This document shows, piece by piece, positions 1 to 9,190 of a stretch of 64,000 nt of DNA. The stretch is from a virus (lineage: Duplodnaviria; Caudoviricetes), in the IMG/VR virus record IMGVR_UViG_3300021254_000021, positions 128,001-192,000 of that record, one strand, 5' to 3'. Position 1 is the stretch's first letter. Every line of letters starts with the position of its first letter. The translations under genes and the position numbers were made by a program. Under the pieces are notes generated by a model. The model saw only the letters and a list, made by a program, of their open reading frames with translations. It ran no database searches and was not told where the DNA came from.

Positions 1-2
1 AA

Positions 3-287
3 GAGCAAGATCGTCTGCGTACACACCCATATAATGATCCATATATAGCGAACTTGTCTTGTGAAGGTTATAAACAAGTAATGGCAGATATATTTCAGTT
101 TGGTTGGGATGAGGAAAAGAAAGTGTGTGATGCGTTAGAATTAACGGATTCCAGAAAGAGAACGTGGCTTTGTGAGATGGCTAAAGAGAAAATGGCAACC
201 ACATGGCCTTCTTTCCTTTCTACGGCGAAATGGTCTTGGAGACACACCAGTGCTTTTGGTAAATTCTGGGAGATAGACGAATTTTAA
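3..287 (+). CDS. Hypothetical protein, 5'-truncated by the window edge
   Basis: Frame is open from nt 3 (EQDRLRTHPYNDPYIANLSCEGYK...) to TAA at 287, so the TTG start at 54 is probably internal. Confidence 0.6.
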   Translation, partial: EQDRLRTHPYNDPYIANLSCEGYKQVMADIFQFGWDEEKKVCDALELTDSRKRTWLCEMAKEKMATTWPSFLSTAKWSWRHTSAFGKFWEIDEF

Positions 288-374
288 ATAGGGGGGGGGT
301 TAAAACCAACTCTGTTTTCCCCTCACACCAATTTTACAAAAATTTTTGACCAACTTTTAAAGGAGACTCAAAGT

Positions 375-980
375 ATGCTGTACTTTAATCTGTTTGTTTA
401 TGGCACATTACTGCATCAATTCAGAGGCAAACAATTCTTTAAGGGTTTAGTTGCAACAGAAGGGAAGATAACTGGGAATCTTTACCATCATTCCTCTGGT
501 GTACCTGTGATTGAGATTCCAGATAATCCTCATTCTGTCTCAGGTTCAACCCAATACACCATAGACATAGAGGCACAAGACTCTATGCAAGACTCTGTAA
601 AAATGAATTTCCTTCCTCTTAACATTAAATATGGAAGGGTATATGGGGAGCTATATAAGATTCCCTATACGGATGGAGAGATAAATAAAACATTGGATCG
701 GTATGAGAGGTTTAATCCTAATGCTAACAGCTTATATAAGCGTTCCCTTGTTCCCGTCCAGACTAAAGAAGGAATAGTCTGGGCATGGGTGTATCACATG
801 GAGACAATTCCAGATAAGAGTATTCGTATTCTTACGGGGGATTGGAGAGACTGTTTTTACCCTAATGCAGTAAACCACATACAGGAAGCACTAAACGAGG
901 AATTAGACAAACTGGATGAGGAATACGAGGATGATGAATACGATGAGGAGGAATACGATGAGGAGGAATACGATGAGTAA
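375..980 (+). CDS. Gamma-glutamylcyclotransferase (GGCT/AIG2-like) family protein with acidic repeat tail
   Basis: LFVYGTL, VYGELY, LDRYE, Y-K-R and AWVY...GDW motifs typical of the GGCT-like fold; AAGGAG RBS. Confidence 0.85.
   Translation: MLYFNLFVYGTLLHQFRGKQFFKGLVATEGKITGNLYHHSSGVPVIEIPDNPHSVSGSTQYTIDIEAQDSMQDSVKMNFLPLNIKYGRVYGELYKIPYTDGEINKTLDRYERFNPNANSLYKRSLVPVQTKEGIVWAWVYHMETIPDKSIRILTGDWRDCFYPNAVNHIQEALNEELDKLDEEYEDDEYDEEEYDEEEYDE
915..977 (+). repeat. Tandem GATGAG(GAG)GAATAC repeats encoding (DEE[E]Y)n
   Basis: About four imperfect 12-15 nt units are directly visible at the 3' end of the GGCT gene. Confidence 0.85.
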
Positions 981-1524
981 TAACGACATTATCCGAGAAG
1001 CTGTTAAGCGAGTATGGAGAGACTATATTCTTGAGCCTAAAGATTGGAGAGAGGATTTTGGATTAGCCCCACAGAACATTTACAACTCTTTATTTTGTCC
1101 AAAGCATAACCTAGGTGGGGAGACATTCCCCATTAGTTATATCATGCAGAATTACAGTAGAGAGGTGGATTGTTTGCTTGAGTGTGGTAATGCGGAATAC
1201 CTAAGAAAGATTTTTAACTTTATTAAAAAGAGGCTTAGTAGTGACATTAAGGAACTTATAAATAAAGGTCTTAAAGGCAATAACATTTGTATCTCAATTG
1301 TTCCTGCTGACTCTATACGAAACTTAAATAAGGAAGCAATGGAGAATGGAAACTCTTTGCACATTGTTTACAATGGTCTGGATGATTACATAGAATCAGA
1401 GGAAATTGCGGACTTACTACGATTTAAAGAGCTATCCTATTTCCCTGTTATTTTAAGCTATTATGGTTTGGGTAGAATAACAAACATGATACCTTGTGCT
1501 AAGGTACAGGTATCTTTCACTTAA
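973..1524 (+). CDS. Hypothetical protein
   Basis: Likely start is ATG 973 (MSNNDII); the extension to 916 is an off-frame read of the repeat. Confidence 0.65.
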   Translation: MSNNDIIREAVKRVWRDYILEPKDWREDFGLAPQNIYNSLFCPKHNLGGETFPISYIMQNYSREVDCLLECGNAEYLRKIFNFIKKRLSSDIKELINKGLKGNNICISIVPADSIRNLNKEAMENGNSLHIVYNGLDDYIESEEIADLLRFKELSYFPVILSYYGLGRITNMIPCAKVQVSFT

Positions 1525-1537
1525 AGGAGAATAAACA

Positions 1538-1945
1538 ATGGAACATGAAGAATACAAACCTAAGTGCTGTAAGTGTGGGGCAACTTATGATGTCACCTTT
1601 TATCACATGGACGGAGTAAGAGGTTTTGATGACCGTATCCAGTGTCTTAAAGAGAATAAAGATGAACCAATTTTTATCTGTGATGATTGCTTAGAAAAGG
1701 TATTGGGGGTTAAAGCATTCGAACTTGGAAGATGTGAATGGTGTAAGGAATATATAAACCCAGAACTTATTTACACACAAGATGATATGCAGTTTTGCTC
1801 GTTAAAGTGTATAGCTTATTATTATGGTTTTAACTGTCTGGATGATTTGGATGAGGAAGATGAGTATTATGCTTCTTTAGATGATAGTGATGAGGATACT
1901 ATATTTGAAGAAGAGGGCGATGAGGAAGAGGATATAGATCTGTAA
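1538..1945 (+). CDS. Cys-rich (Zn-ribbon/TRASH-like) protein with acidic tail
   Basis: CxxC pairs CCKC, CDDC, CEWC and FCSLKC; RBS. Confidence 0.65.
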   Translation: MEHEEYKPKCCKCGATYDVTFYHMDGVRGFDDRIQCLKENKDEPIFICDDCLEKVLGVKAFELGRCEWCKEYINPELIYTQDDMQFCSLKCIAYYYGFNCLDDLDEEDEYYASLDDSDEDTIFEEEGDEEEDIDL

Positions 1946-1957
1946 GGAGAGAAAGTT

Positions 1958-2344
1958 ATGGTAGAATTTGTTTCATACGATGGGGAATACCCCAATCTTT
2001 GTTCGGGTGTATTGGTGTTAAAGATTAACGGTATCACACACTGTTTTATACAGTATAAAGATTATGATGGTTTTTGTACGAGAGAAGTGAGAGCAAACAG
2101 GAATAAACTTTATTCTGATCCAGAGGTAATTAAGGTGTATGGTTATTCTATGGAATCAGGCGGATGTGCAGGTGTGGATGATAACTGTGATGAGTTTATA
2201 GAGTATGGGTATTGGGGTGTAGATTTAAGTGATTGTACTTATGAAAATGATGTCCCATTTATTTGTAGTGACTCTTTAAAGAAAGAGATTGTAGACTGTG
2301 TAAATGCGAATGTTGAGCAGGGTTGCTGTGGAGGCTGTATATGA
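1958..2344 (+). CDS. Phage hypothetical protein (YPNLC...GCCGGC type)
   Basis: ORF with RBS; YDGEYPNLCSG start and GCCGGCI end. Confidence 0.7.
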   Translation: MVEFVSYDGEYPNLCSGVLVLKINGITHCFIQYKDYDGFCTREVRANRNKLYSDPEVIKVYGYSMESGGCAGVDDNCDEFIEYGYWGVDLSDCTYENDVPFICSDSLKKEIVDCVNANVEQGCCGGCI

Positions 2345-2751
2345 AAAAACTGATAGACTTTTATAGGGGAGAATTGAATGTTGAATTTTACAACATTCTG
2401 AAATCTTTAGAGAAGGTGGAGAGTATATTCTTAGAATTTTACTCAAGGGACTCCGAGGAATATGATCAGTTAGACACTCATTTAAAAGAGTTTTTAGACT
2501 GGCTGACACGGTTAAAGACAGATATTGACAACTATGATGAGGGAAAAAAGAATAAGTGTCATATCTGTGGCCGAGATGCCCACAATCTTCTTTACTATAC
2601 TAAGAATAACAAGACATATTGTGTGCTTTGTGTATTTGACTTTGTTAAGGAACAAATAGAAAAAGAAAAGGATGGTACTTCGGACAGTCTTACGATAAAG
2701 CAAGCATTCGAGAAATATGGATTCATACAAATTGAGAAAGAACCTAGCTAG
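2341..2751 (+). CDS. Hypothetical protein with C-terminal Zn finger
   Basis: ATGA overlap at 2341; CHIC...YCVLC. Confidence 0.6.
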   Translation: MKKLIDFYRGELNVEFYNILKSLEKVESIFLEFYSRDSEEYDQLDTHLKEFLDWLTRLKTDIDNYDEGKKNKCHICGRDAHNLLYYTKNNKTYCVLCVFDFVKEQIEKEKDGTSDSLTIKQAFEKYGFIQIEKEPS

Positions 2752-2781
2752 GGTTCTTTTCTCTTATCTAGGGGCTGTATT

Positions 2782-3297
2782 ATGTGTGACCAAGTATTAG
2801 AATCAAACAAACGAACTTTTATAAACTACTTATTCCCTATGGTTATTCAACTGTTATTGGACATAGAAAAGATTGTCACAAACTTGAATAACAAGACATA
2901 CCAAGACCGTATTACAGTTACCGAGGAACAAAGGAAAGGTAAAACGGTAAAGGTGCATTCCGTCATTCCTCTAACTAAAGAGCAGATAAAAAATGAATTA
3001 GAGAGTCATAATCTTTCCATGACCATTTCATTCATTAAAGAAGGGTTAAAGCAAATTAACCATCAAACCATAGGTATTGATGAGATGTTTGAGTGTCTGG
3101 AAAATGTGTATATAGAAACATATTATTTTAAAGGATGTTGTGAGAATTGTAATGATATAGGTCTTTACATTATAGACATACTTGGTGCAATGCGTATAAG
3201 TATGGGAATAGGTTATGGTAAACCTGAGAAGTATAATAATATTTTTGCTTTCTTAGCTTTCCATACTCTTACTCTCTTTGATTTATTAGGGGTGTAG
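2782..3297 (+). CDS. Hypothetical protein
   Basis: 171 aa ORF in the + strand run. Confidence 0.6.
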   Translation: MCDQVLESNKRTFINYLFPMVIQLLLDIEKIVTNLNNKTYQDRITVTEEQRKGKTVKVHSVIPLTKEQIKNELESHNLSMTISFIKEGLKQINHQTIGIDEMFECLENVYIETYYFKGCCENCNDIGLYIIDILGAMRISMGIGYGKPEKYNNIFAFLAFHTLTLFDLLGV

Positions 3298-3299
3298 TC

Positions 3300-3539
3300 A
3301 TGCAAGTAGGTATAGATTTCGACGGTACGGTAATCCGTTATGCCATTTGTGCTAAACAGATAGGTGGAGACGGACATACCATAATAACAACAGAAACTTT
3401 AGAAGGAGCGAAACACGAATTACAGATTATTTTAAATCGTGCAAAGAAAAAGAAGCGTCCCACAGACATAAAGTATTGGATTTTCAACTACCCACGGTCT
3501 AAAGACCGTTGGATTGTAGGCAACTGCAACCCAAGTTGA
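3300..3539 (+). pseudogene. Small phage gene interrupted by the IscB element; its apparent C-terminus is element-derived
   Basis: The ORF runs into TTCAACTACCCACGG at 3483; codons after ...KYWI belong to the element end. Confidence 0.6.
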
Positions 3540-3745
3540 ATAGCCTAAGTTTTTTGAGAACTACGTTACCCAAGAATATATAGGTACTTTAGGATGTAGT
3601 ACCAAGTCCTAAACACTACGGCTTATGGTTAAACAATTCTGAGAGGTAGGAATAGTGCTGTAAGCATAGAAACCTTGGAATAACATTGGCGATGGTACAC
3701 AAACCACTCTTCGGAGTGAGTAATTAACTTTTAAGTAAGTTAAAA
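3483..3745 (+). ncRNA. IscB omega-RNA (HEARO-like) scaffold
   Basis: About 260 nt structured region directly 5' of iscB with characteristic segments (ACTACGTT, TAGGATGTAGTACCAAGTCCTA, AACATTGGCGATGG, ACTCTTCGGAGT hairpin). 3' limit approximate. Confidence 0.8.
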
Positions 3746-3758
3746 AGGAGACGGATTT

Positions 3759-5000
3759 ATGGTTTACGTCATTAGTAAAAACGGACAACCTTTAATGCCT
3801 ACGGAAAATTATGCGAAAATCCGTGTTCTATTAAAGAACAAAAAAGCAAAGATAATTAAAAGATGTCCGTTTACAATACAGTTAGCTTATGATAGCAAGA
3901 ATTATACGCAGGATATTACGTTAGGTGTGGACGCAGGAAGCAAGCATATCGGACTTTCAGCTACTACAAAAGACAAAGTATTATTCGAGTCTGATGTAGA
4001 GTTACGAAATGATATAGTAGATTTACTTTCTACACGCAGACAAAATCGCAGAACCAGAAGAAATCATAAAACCAGATACCGTAAACCACGCTTCAATAAT
4101 CGCAGGCGAAAAGACGGATGGTTAGCCCCTTCAATTCAGAATAAAGTAGATACACACCTAACGGTAATCCGCAGAGTACATGAGATACTTCCGATTACTA
4201 AAATTATTGTAGAAGTAGCATCTTTTGATATTCAGAAGATAAAGAATCCTACAATAAGTGGGATAGAGTATCAACAAGGCGAACAATTAGACTTTTGGAA
4301 TGTCAGAGAATATGTATTATTTAGAGACGGTCATACTTGTCAGTGCTGTAAGGGTAAGTCAAAAGACAAAATCCTAAATGTACATCATATCGAAAGCAGA
4401 CATACAGGTGGTAATGCACCTAACAATCTGATTACCTTATGTGAAACGTGTCATTCAGGCTATCACAAAGGCATAGTAAAACTACCCAATACAATAAAAC
4501 GTGGTATGTCTTTTAGAGATGCTACCTTTATGGGAATCATGCGTTGGTATTTCTATAATAAGCTGAAAGAGGCATACCCAAATGTAAGCCTTACTTACGG
4601 ATATATCACAAAGAACACTCGTATAGAGAATGGTTTATCCAAAAATCACTATATTGATGCCAGATGTATAAGCGGCAATCCATTAGCTGTATCAGATGGT
4701 ACGGTATATTATCAAAAGAAAATAAGATGCCATAATCGTCAGATATATAAGAATACCATTCTTAAAGGTGGTATTAGAAAGCGCAATCAAGCAGACTACG
4801 AAATCAAAGGCTTTAGACTGTTCGACACCATTAGATATAAAGGTAATACATATATTATTTTTGGTAGAAGAAACAGTGGATTTTTTGATATTCGCACTCT
4901 TGATGGTATAAAAGTAAACAATGGTTCTGTAAGTTGTAAGAAGATGCAACTTATTCAGCCTAACAGTAACTATTTGATTGAAATTCGGAAATGTGCATAG
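3759..5000 (+). CDS. iscB: RNA-guided endonuclease IscB
   Basis: N-terminal PLMP motif, RuvC-I GVDAG, Arg-rich bridge helix, RuvC-II IVE, HNH (CQCC...HHIESR...GGNAPNNLITLCETCH) and RuvC-III HYIDA. Confidence 0.95.
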   Translation: MVYVISKNGQPLMPTENYAKIRVLLKNKKAKIIKRCPFTIQLAYDSKNYTQDITLGVDAGSKHIGLSATTKDKVLFESDVELRNDIVDLLSTRRQNRRTRRNHKTRYRKPRFNNRRRKDGWLAPSIQNKVDTHLTVIRRVHEILPITKIIVEVASFDIQKIKNPTISGIEYQQGEQLDFWNVREYVLFRDGHTCQCCKGKSKDKILNVHHIESRHTGGNAPNNLITLCETCHSGYHKGIVKLPNTIKRGMSFRDATFMGIMRWYFYNKLKEAYPNVSLTYGYITKNTRIENGLSKNHYIDARCISGNPLAVSDGTVYYQKKIRCHNRQIYKNTILKGGIRKRNQADYEIKGFRLFDTIRYKGNTYIIFGRRNSGFFDIRTLDGIKVNNGSVSCKKMQLIQPNSNYLIEIRKCA

Positions 5001-5091
5001 TGCTAGGAACACTTATAGGAATGCCTCTGAAATTTATGAACAAGATATGAGGCTTGCAAGAGGATGGTAATTAAGAAATAAGAGGTAGAAT

Positions 5092-5331
5092 ATGGATTTT
5101 GATGAACCAATTGGAATTGAGGACACTAAAGTGTATTCCGTTAGTCTCAGTCACCCAGAGGGTTATAGAAAACCCTTAAAGTGGAAAAAGGTTGAGCGAT
5201 GTATAAAGAAAATCCAGAATGGATTTGATCAAGATCGTGATCATATAGAAAGATCAGGAACATTTGAGCTTGTAGGTATTGATTTTGAGGAATTTGTTAG
5301 GAGATTAAAGAAGTATGCAGAAAGTAAGTAA
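5092..5331 (+). CDS. Hypothetical protein
   Basis: ORF with GAGGT RBS. Confidence 0.6.
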   Translation: MDFDEPIGIEDTKVYSVSLSHPEGYRKPLKWKKVERCIKKIQNGFDQDRDHIERSGTFELVGIDFEEFVRRLKKYAESK

Positions 5332-5569
5332 TGAATTAGCATGGCATGAAGGGAAAGAGACACCAAGTATGTCCTCTGGCAGTTTCCTTATTCTCACTAC
5401 ATTAGGTGATATAGCAGAAGCGGAATATCACGATTATGGTGGTAGTAAATATTTTCATAATTATAGTGGCCCTTATTGGCTACAATACAGATGGTCTTCA
5501 CCAATACACCCAAACAATGTGGTAGCTTGGTGCAGACTAAGAGACATTAAATTACCAGAAGGAGAATAG
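5315..5569 (+). CDS. DUF551-like small phage protein
   Basis: W-H...P...L-I-L...V-V-A-W pattern. Confidence 0.55.
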   Translation: MQKVSNELAWHEGKETPSMSSGSFLILTTLGDIAEAEYHDYGGSKYFHNYSGPYWLQYRWSSPIHPNNVVAWCRLRDIKLPEGE

Positions 5570-5571
5570 TC

Positions 5572-5793
5572 ATGCAGGCGACATTAGAAATATTATCAGA
5601 CAAATCCGTTCGATATATGAATTATGACTTAAATAGAATTTGCGAAACCGCAGATTCTATTTATTGGACACTTGTACCAAAAGAAGTACTAGCAATTTGG
5701 AATATTCCATATTTAGTTCGTTTGCATAATGGTGATACAGTTGTGCAAGAACAAAAAGTAATGCTATGTAAAATGAGTAATTGTGTAGAGTAA
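5572..5793 (+). CDS. Hypothetical protein
   Basis: ORF with AAGGAG RBS. Confidence 0.55.
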   Translation: MQATLEILSDKSVRYMNYDLNRICETADSIYWTLVPKEVLAIWNIPYLVRLHNGDTVVQEQKVMLCKMSNCVE

Positions 5794-5803
5794 GGGAATA
5801 ACT

Positions 5804-6181
5804 ATGTCTGGCTACATCTTTACTAACCCAATCTTTAAAACCAAAGTGCTTACTTACGAGAGACTAGCTTTCCGTACAGATGATGTTTGGTTTAGAGAAT
5901 ATCATGTCTTTGCTTCCGAAGCAGAAATAGAAGAGGATTTAGCTCATTATAAAGGGAGTGTGAACATTCGTAATGCCGAAGTTTATGATGTTATTATAGA
6001 TCTTACTAAGCCTATAATGATGCAGACTTTACCGACGAGGACGTGTAAAGGTTGTGGAGAAAAAATAGACGGAAATAATAAAGATAAGCGACCAACGATT
6101 TGTGATAACGACTGGTATTGCGATTATGACTGTTATTGCAAGCATAATCCAAACAAAGTTAAAAGGCTGTTAGAGACATGA
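5804..6181 (+). CDS. Hypothetical protein with C-terminal TRASH-like Zn finger
   Basis: CKGC...YCDYDC. Confidence 0.6.
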   Translation: MSGYIFTNPIFKTKVLTYERLAFRTDDVWFREYHVFASEAEIEEDLAHYKGSVNIRNAEVYDVIIDLTKPIMMQTLPTRTCKGCGEKIDGNNKDKRPTICDNDWYCDYDCYCKHNPNKVKRLLET

Positions 6182-6633
6182 AAGCAGATAACAAATATAA
6201 AGTCTTTGTACCTAAGAATCCGAGATTGAATTTTGACTTTGAGGAAGTTCAGACCGTCTATTTTCGTGGCTATACAGATTTTTTAGATGGTGATGATTAT
6301 ATAGTCAACCGTAATACACGAAAAGAAGGCTACCTAGTTTCCTATTCCTTTGAATATTGGGGATTGGGTTATGAAGAACCTGATTTCGGCGAGGGTGATA
6401 TAGCCACATTCAGTTCTTTTAAATCTGCATTAGAGTGGATTAACCGTCATGGTGTAATAGGTCATAGAGTTAATTCCATGTCTTACATATATCTTATTGA
6501 ATCAGATAAGTATGTGTACACGGCTTATAACATACTGAAATCCACTAAGCGTTCAGAAAGATTCTATAAAGAGGAAGTGTGTAAGATAGAAAAGGATAGT
6601 CTCACTTTGGATGATGATTTAGATTATCTATGA
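6178..6633 (+). CDS. Hypothetical protein, partial paralogue of 38627..39130
   Basis: ATFSSFKSALEWINRH aligns with AYFTKFKSALNFVNRY. Confidence 0.6.
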   Translation: MKADNKYKVFVPKNPRLNFDFEEVQTVYFRGYTDFLDGDDYIVNRNTRKEGYLVSYSFEYWGLGYEEPDFGEGDIATFSSFKSALEWINRHGVIGHRVNSMSYIYLIESDKYVYTAYNILKSTKRSERFYKEEVCKIEKDSLTLDDDLDYL

Positions 6634-6682
6634 TAATGTGGTGTATTATTCACCTTTAAATTTATTAGTAAGGAGACATAAA

Positions 6683-7573
6683 ATGAGAGAGTTAAGACGC
6701 GGCAGAGTGGATGAAAAAATTCAAGGTGTAGATGAGCATGACAATAGTGTAAAGATGGTGACGTTCGCTCAAGCCAATAAAGGTCTTTCAATGGAAGACT
6801 TTATAAAGAAGGCGGGTAATATATCATGGATTAAATCCCTAGGTGATACAGATGCACAATGCCTGATTGCCTTGGGGTGTGTTGTATTAGCTAAGCTCAA
6901 TGATACATCTCGTTTAAATGTATGGGACACCATCTTTGGGGTAGGTAAAGAAGATGGGTTACTTACGGATAAGGAAGCACATAGAATTATTTTAAATACC
7001 TACTATGATAAGAAATCCCCAAAATCTGCATTAGAAGGTGTTGTGTCTGGCCTGTACCATTTCTGGCATAACACTCCAATGTATCCTGCAATCAAAGATA
7101 CCTATAGTAGAACACAGTCAAAGGATGCGGCGTATGTCGCAGGTGTTTGTGGTGCAGGTAGTGAATTGGATGATGAGGGTAATCTGCACAGTAGTTCTGG
7201 TGATGTGTTAGATTTTGACACCATTTCTAAGGATGGTTCTCTTAAACGTAAGAAGAAATCAGAGTCTTTTAAATCAGGTATATTCCCAGAGAATGATTCT
7301 TATTCTAAGACAGATTTTGACTCGGATTTTCGTTGGCTTCATAGAGCATTTATTAGTAATATAGGTACATTAGAAGATAGATTAAGTATAGAAACTAAAG
7401 AGGATATAGAGTTTCTTATAGAGTATATGGAGAGAATGCTTAAAAAGATAGACTCTTTTGATATAGCAGGTAAAGAACATTTAAGGCAAGATCTATACAG
7501 TCAGATAGAAGAATTAAATAAATTATATAAGGAATACTCTATAGGGGAGAGTAGAAAAGGTCAACTACGTTAA
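6683..7573 (+). CDS. Hypothetical protein, possible virion internal protein
   Basis: AAGGAG RBS before ATG 6683; basic leader MRELRRGRVDE; internal KKKSES junction. Confidence 0.65.
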   Translation: MRELRRGRVDEKIQGVDEHDNSVKMVTFAQANKGLSMEDFIKKAGNISWIKSLGDTDAQCLIALGCVVLAKLNDTSRLNVWDTIFGVGKEDGLLTDKEAHRIILNTYYDKKSPKSALEGVVSGLYHFWHNTPMYPAIKDTYSRTQSKDAAYVAGVCGAGSELDDEGNLHSSSGDVLDFDTISKDGSLKRKKKSESFKSGIFPENDSYSKTDFDSDFRWLHRAFISNIGTLEDRLSIETKEDIEFLIEYMERMLKKIDSFDIAGKEHLRQDLYSQIEELNKLYKEYSIGESRKGQLR

Positions 7574-7585
7574 AGTAACGAAATC

Positions 7586-7617
7586 AAGCCCTAGCCAATC
7601 ACTAGGGCTTTTATTTT
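7586..7617 (+). terminator. Intrinsic terminator
   Basis: AAGCCCTAG-CCAATCA-CTAGGGCTT followed by a T-tract. Confidence 0.8.
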
Positions 7618-7801
7618 GCTATTACCTTATCTCTCCATGCTACTACACCACGGATAGCTAAATAGACTGCAAAATTACCCATAGCTTTTCGTATATGGTA
7701 TTTAGCTTATTTAAGCTAGGAGTAGTTATACACAGATGGTGTATTAACAATAACGGAAATACCCAAAGAGGAACAAACAGCTTTAGAATGCAGGAGAGTG
7801 G

Positions 7802-8611
7802 GTGATGGGAATGTTTGATTTTAAAATGGCTGTGGTGGTTGTAAAAGACACAGAGAGTAAAACAAGGGATGTTTATATCACTAGACCTTTTAAGTATATC
7901 CCAGACCGCTCTCAATCCGATTTTATTAAATTCATAGACAACAGTATGTCTGCTTGTATTCGTGAGAAAAAGAAGGATAAAGAGTGGAGTCCTGTAAAGG
8001 GTATAAATGATTTACTAAGATTGGAGATGAGTGATAATGGTTTCCAGTATTTTGTTATAGAGAAGCATGGAGATAATATTTCCTTAGAGAACGAAATCAA
8101 TCTTCTCAAACAGTCCAGAATCTTTATCTTAGACTTTAGTAATCCGAATTATTATCATGCTTGGTCTTATGATTATTTAGAACCACAGAGATCTAGGAGT
8201 AGAGGTTATCTCTTAGTGGATGAGGATGATGTTATTAAGAATATGCAGATGATTAGTGATAATGTTACTTCATCCTGTATTAAACATTATCCAGAATCCG
8301 CCCATAAGGTAACGGATTATTCCTTAGAGATAAACGATTTACCAGAATTAGGAACTGGTATTCTTTCCGTATCCTGTATGATAAAAACAGGTATTATTTC
8401 AATATCGGGCACATGGTTTGTGGATGATGATAAAAGAAAGCTAATAGATGTGTTACCATTAGACACTAAGCACTATATTAAATTATATCGTCATATAGAC
8501 AGTAAGCCTGTGTATGAAGGGGAGATGGAAGTAAGTAAAGTAGAACTGGGTTTAGATGCTTATAAAGCTGAGGGTTATGCTACTATGTCCATAGTATTTG
8601 AAGGTGTTTAA
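7802..8611 (+). CDS. Hypothetical protein; C-terminal beta-rich domain possibly tail-tube-like
   Basis: 269 aa ORF; the fold suggestion is by eye only. Confidence 0.55.
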   Translation: MMGMFDFKMAVVVVKDTESKTRDVYITRPFKYIPDRSQSDFIKFIDNSMSACIREKKKDKEWSPVKGINDLLRLEMSDNGFQYFVIEKHGDNISLENEINLLKQSRIFILDFSNPNYYHAWSYDYLEPQRSRSRGYLLVDEDDVIKNMQMISDNVTSSCIKHYPESAHKVTDYSLEINDLPELGTGILSVSCMIKTGIISISGTWFVDDDKRKLIDVLPLDTKHYIKLYRHIDSKPVYEGEMEVSKVELGLDAYKAEGYATMSIVFEGV

Positions 8612-8614
8612 ATT

Positions 8615-8815
8615 ATGCGTAAACGTAAACCATACACAGTATTAGTAGTAGAGGGTAATAAATTCCGTTATGTGGATGCTGACACAGAGATTGAAGCGAT
8701 AGACATTGTGAATGAGGAATTGTCTAAAAAGGCTACAACGTGTATCGCATATTATTGGAATCCTAACTGGAATGGTTATTCCCATCTTTTAGAAAAGAGT
8801 AAGGAGAATATGTAA
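8615..8815 (+). CDS. Hypothetical protein
   Basis: Short ORF tightly packed between neighbours. Confidence 0.55.
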   Translation: MRKRKPYTVLVVEGNKFRYVDADTEIEAIDIVNEELSKKATTCIAYYWNPNWNGYSHLLEKSKENM

Positions 8816-9063
8816 TGGTTTATTACACCATTAAGTTCATTCGTTGGGACGATAATAACCGAGCTGTATTTGTGGCAGAGCCAATAGACGGTTGTATTGA
8901 AATTAAGGCAGGGAATCTCGAAACTGAAAACACTTTATGGAATGTCGCCAAAGGATGTTACTCATTCTGCATTAAGGATGATATGACAGGTAAACAGGGT
9001 GTGCAGATTGTGGATAGCATAGCTATAAGAAAATCGGAAAACATTATTGAGGGTGAAGAATAA
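8815..9063 (+). CDS. Hypothetical protein
   Basis: TAATG coupling with the upstream ORF. Confidence 0.55.
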   Translation: MVYYTIKFIRWDDNNRAVFVAEPIDGCIEIKAGNLETENTLWNVAKGCYSFCIKDDMTGKQGVQIVDSIAIRKSENIIEGEE

Positions 9064-9065
9064 GC

Positions 9066-9188
9066 ATGAATTACGGTTCTACGGGAATAGCCTGTCTAAA
9101 CACAAATCGTAAATCCATAGGTATAGAGTTAAACGACAACTATTTCGATGTCGCAAAGCAACGAATAGAAAATCACACAGGAGACTAA
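9066..9188 (+). pseudogene. 40-aa C-terminal remnant of an N4/N6 DNA methyltransferase
   Basis: MNYGSTGIACLNTNRKSIGIELNDNYFDVAKQRIENH matches GSCGEACLNTGRKFIGIELDTTWFNFAKERIENH of the 10420..10629 ORF. Confidence 0.75.
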
Positions 9189-9190
9189 GT

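Larger units (their letters stand above)
3483..5035 (+). mobile_element. Non-autonomous IS200/IS605-superfamily IscB element
   Basis: Left end TTCAACTACCCACGGTCTAAAGACCGTTGG hairpin, omega-RNA region and iscB. Right boundary is inferred from ATGAA at 5036; no clear right-end hairpin. Confidence 0.75.

Noticed and set aside
915-977. Short tandem repeats as a CRISPR array
   Set aside because: Units are 12-15 nt, have no spacers and encode an acidic tail; there are no cas genes in the window.
3759-5000. Cas9 call for the RuvC+HNH protein
   Set aside because: It is 413 aa with a PLMP N-terminus, no REC lobe, an upstream omega-RNA and no array, so it is IscB.
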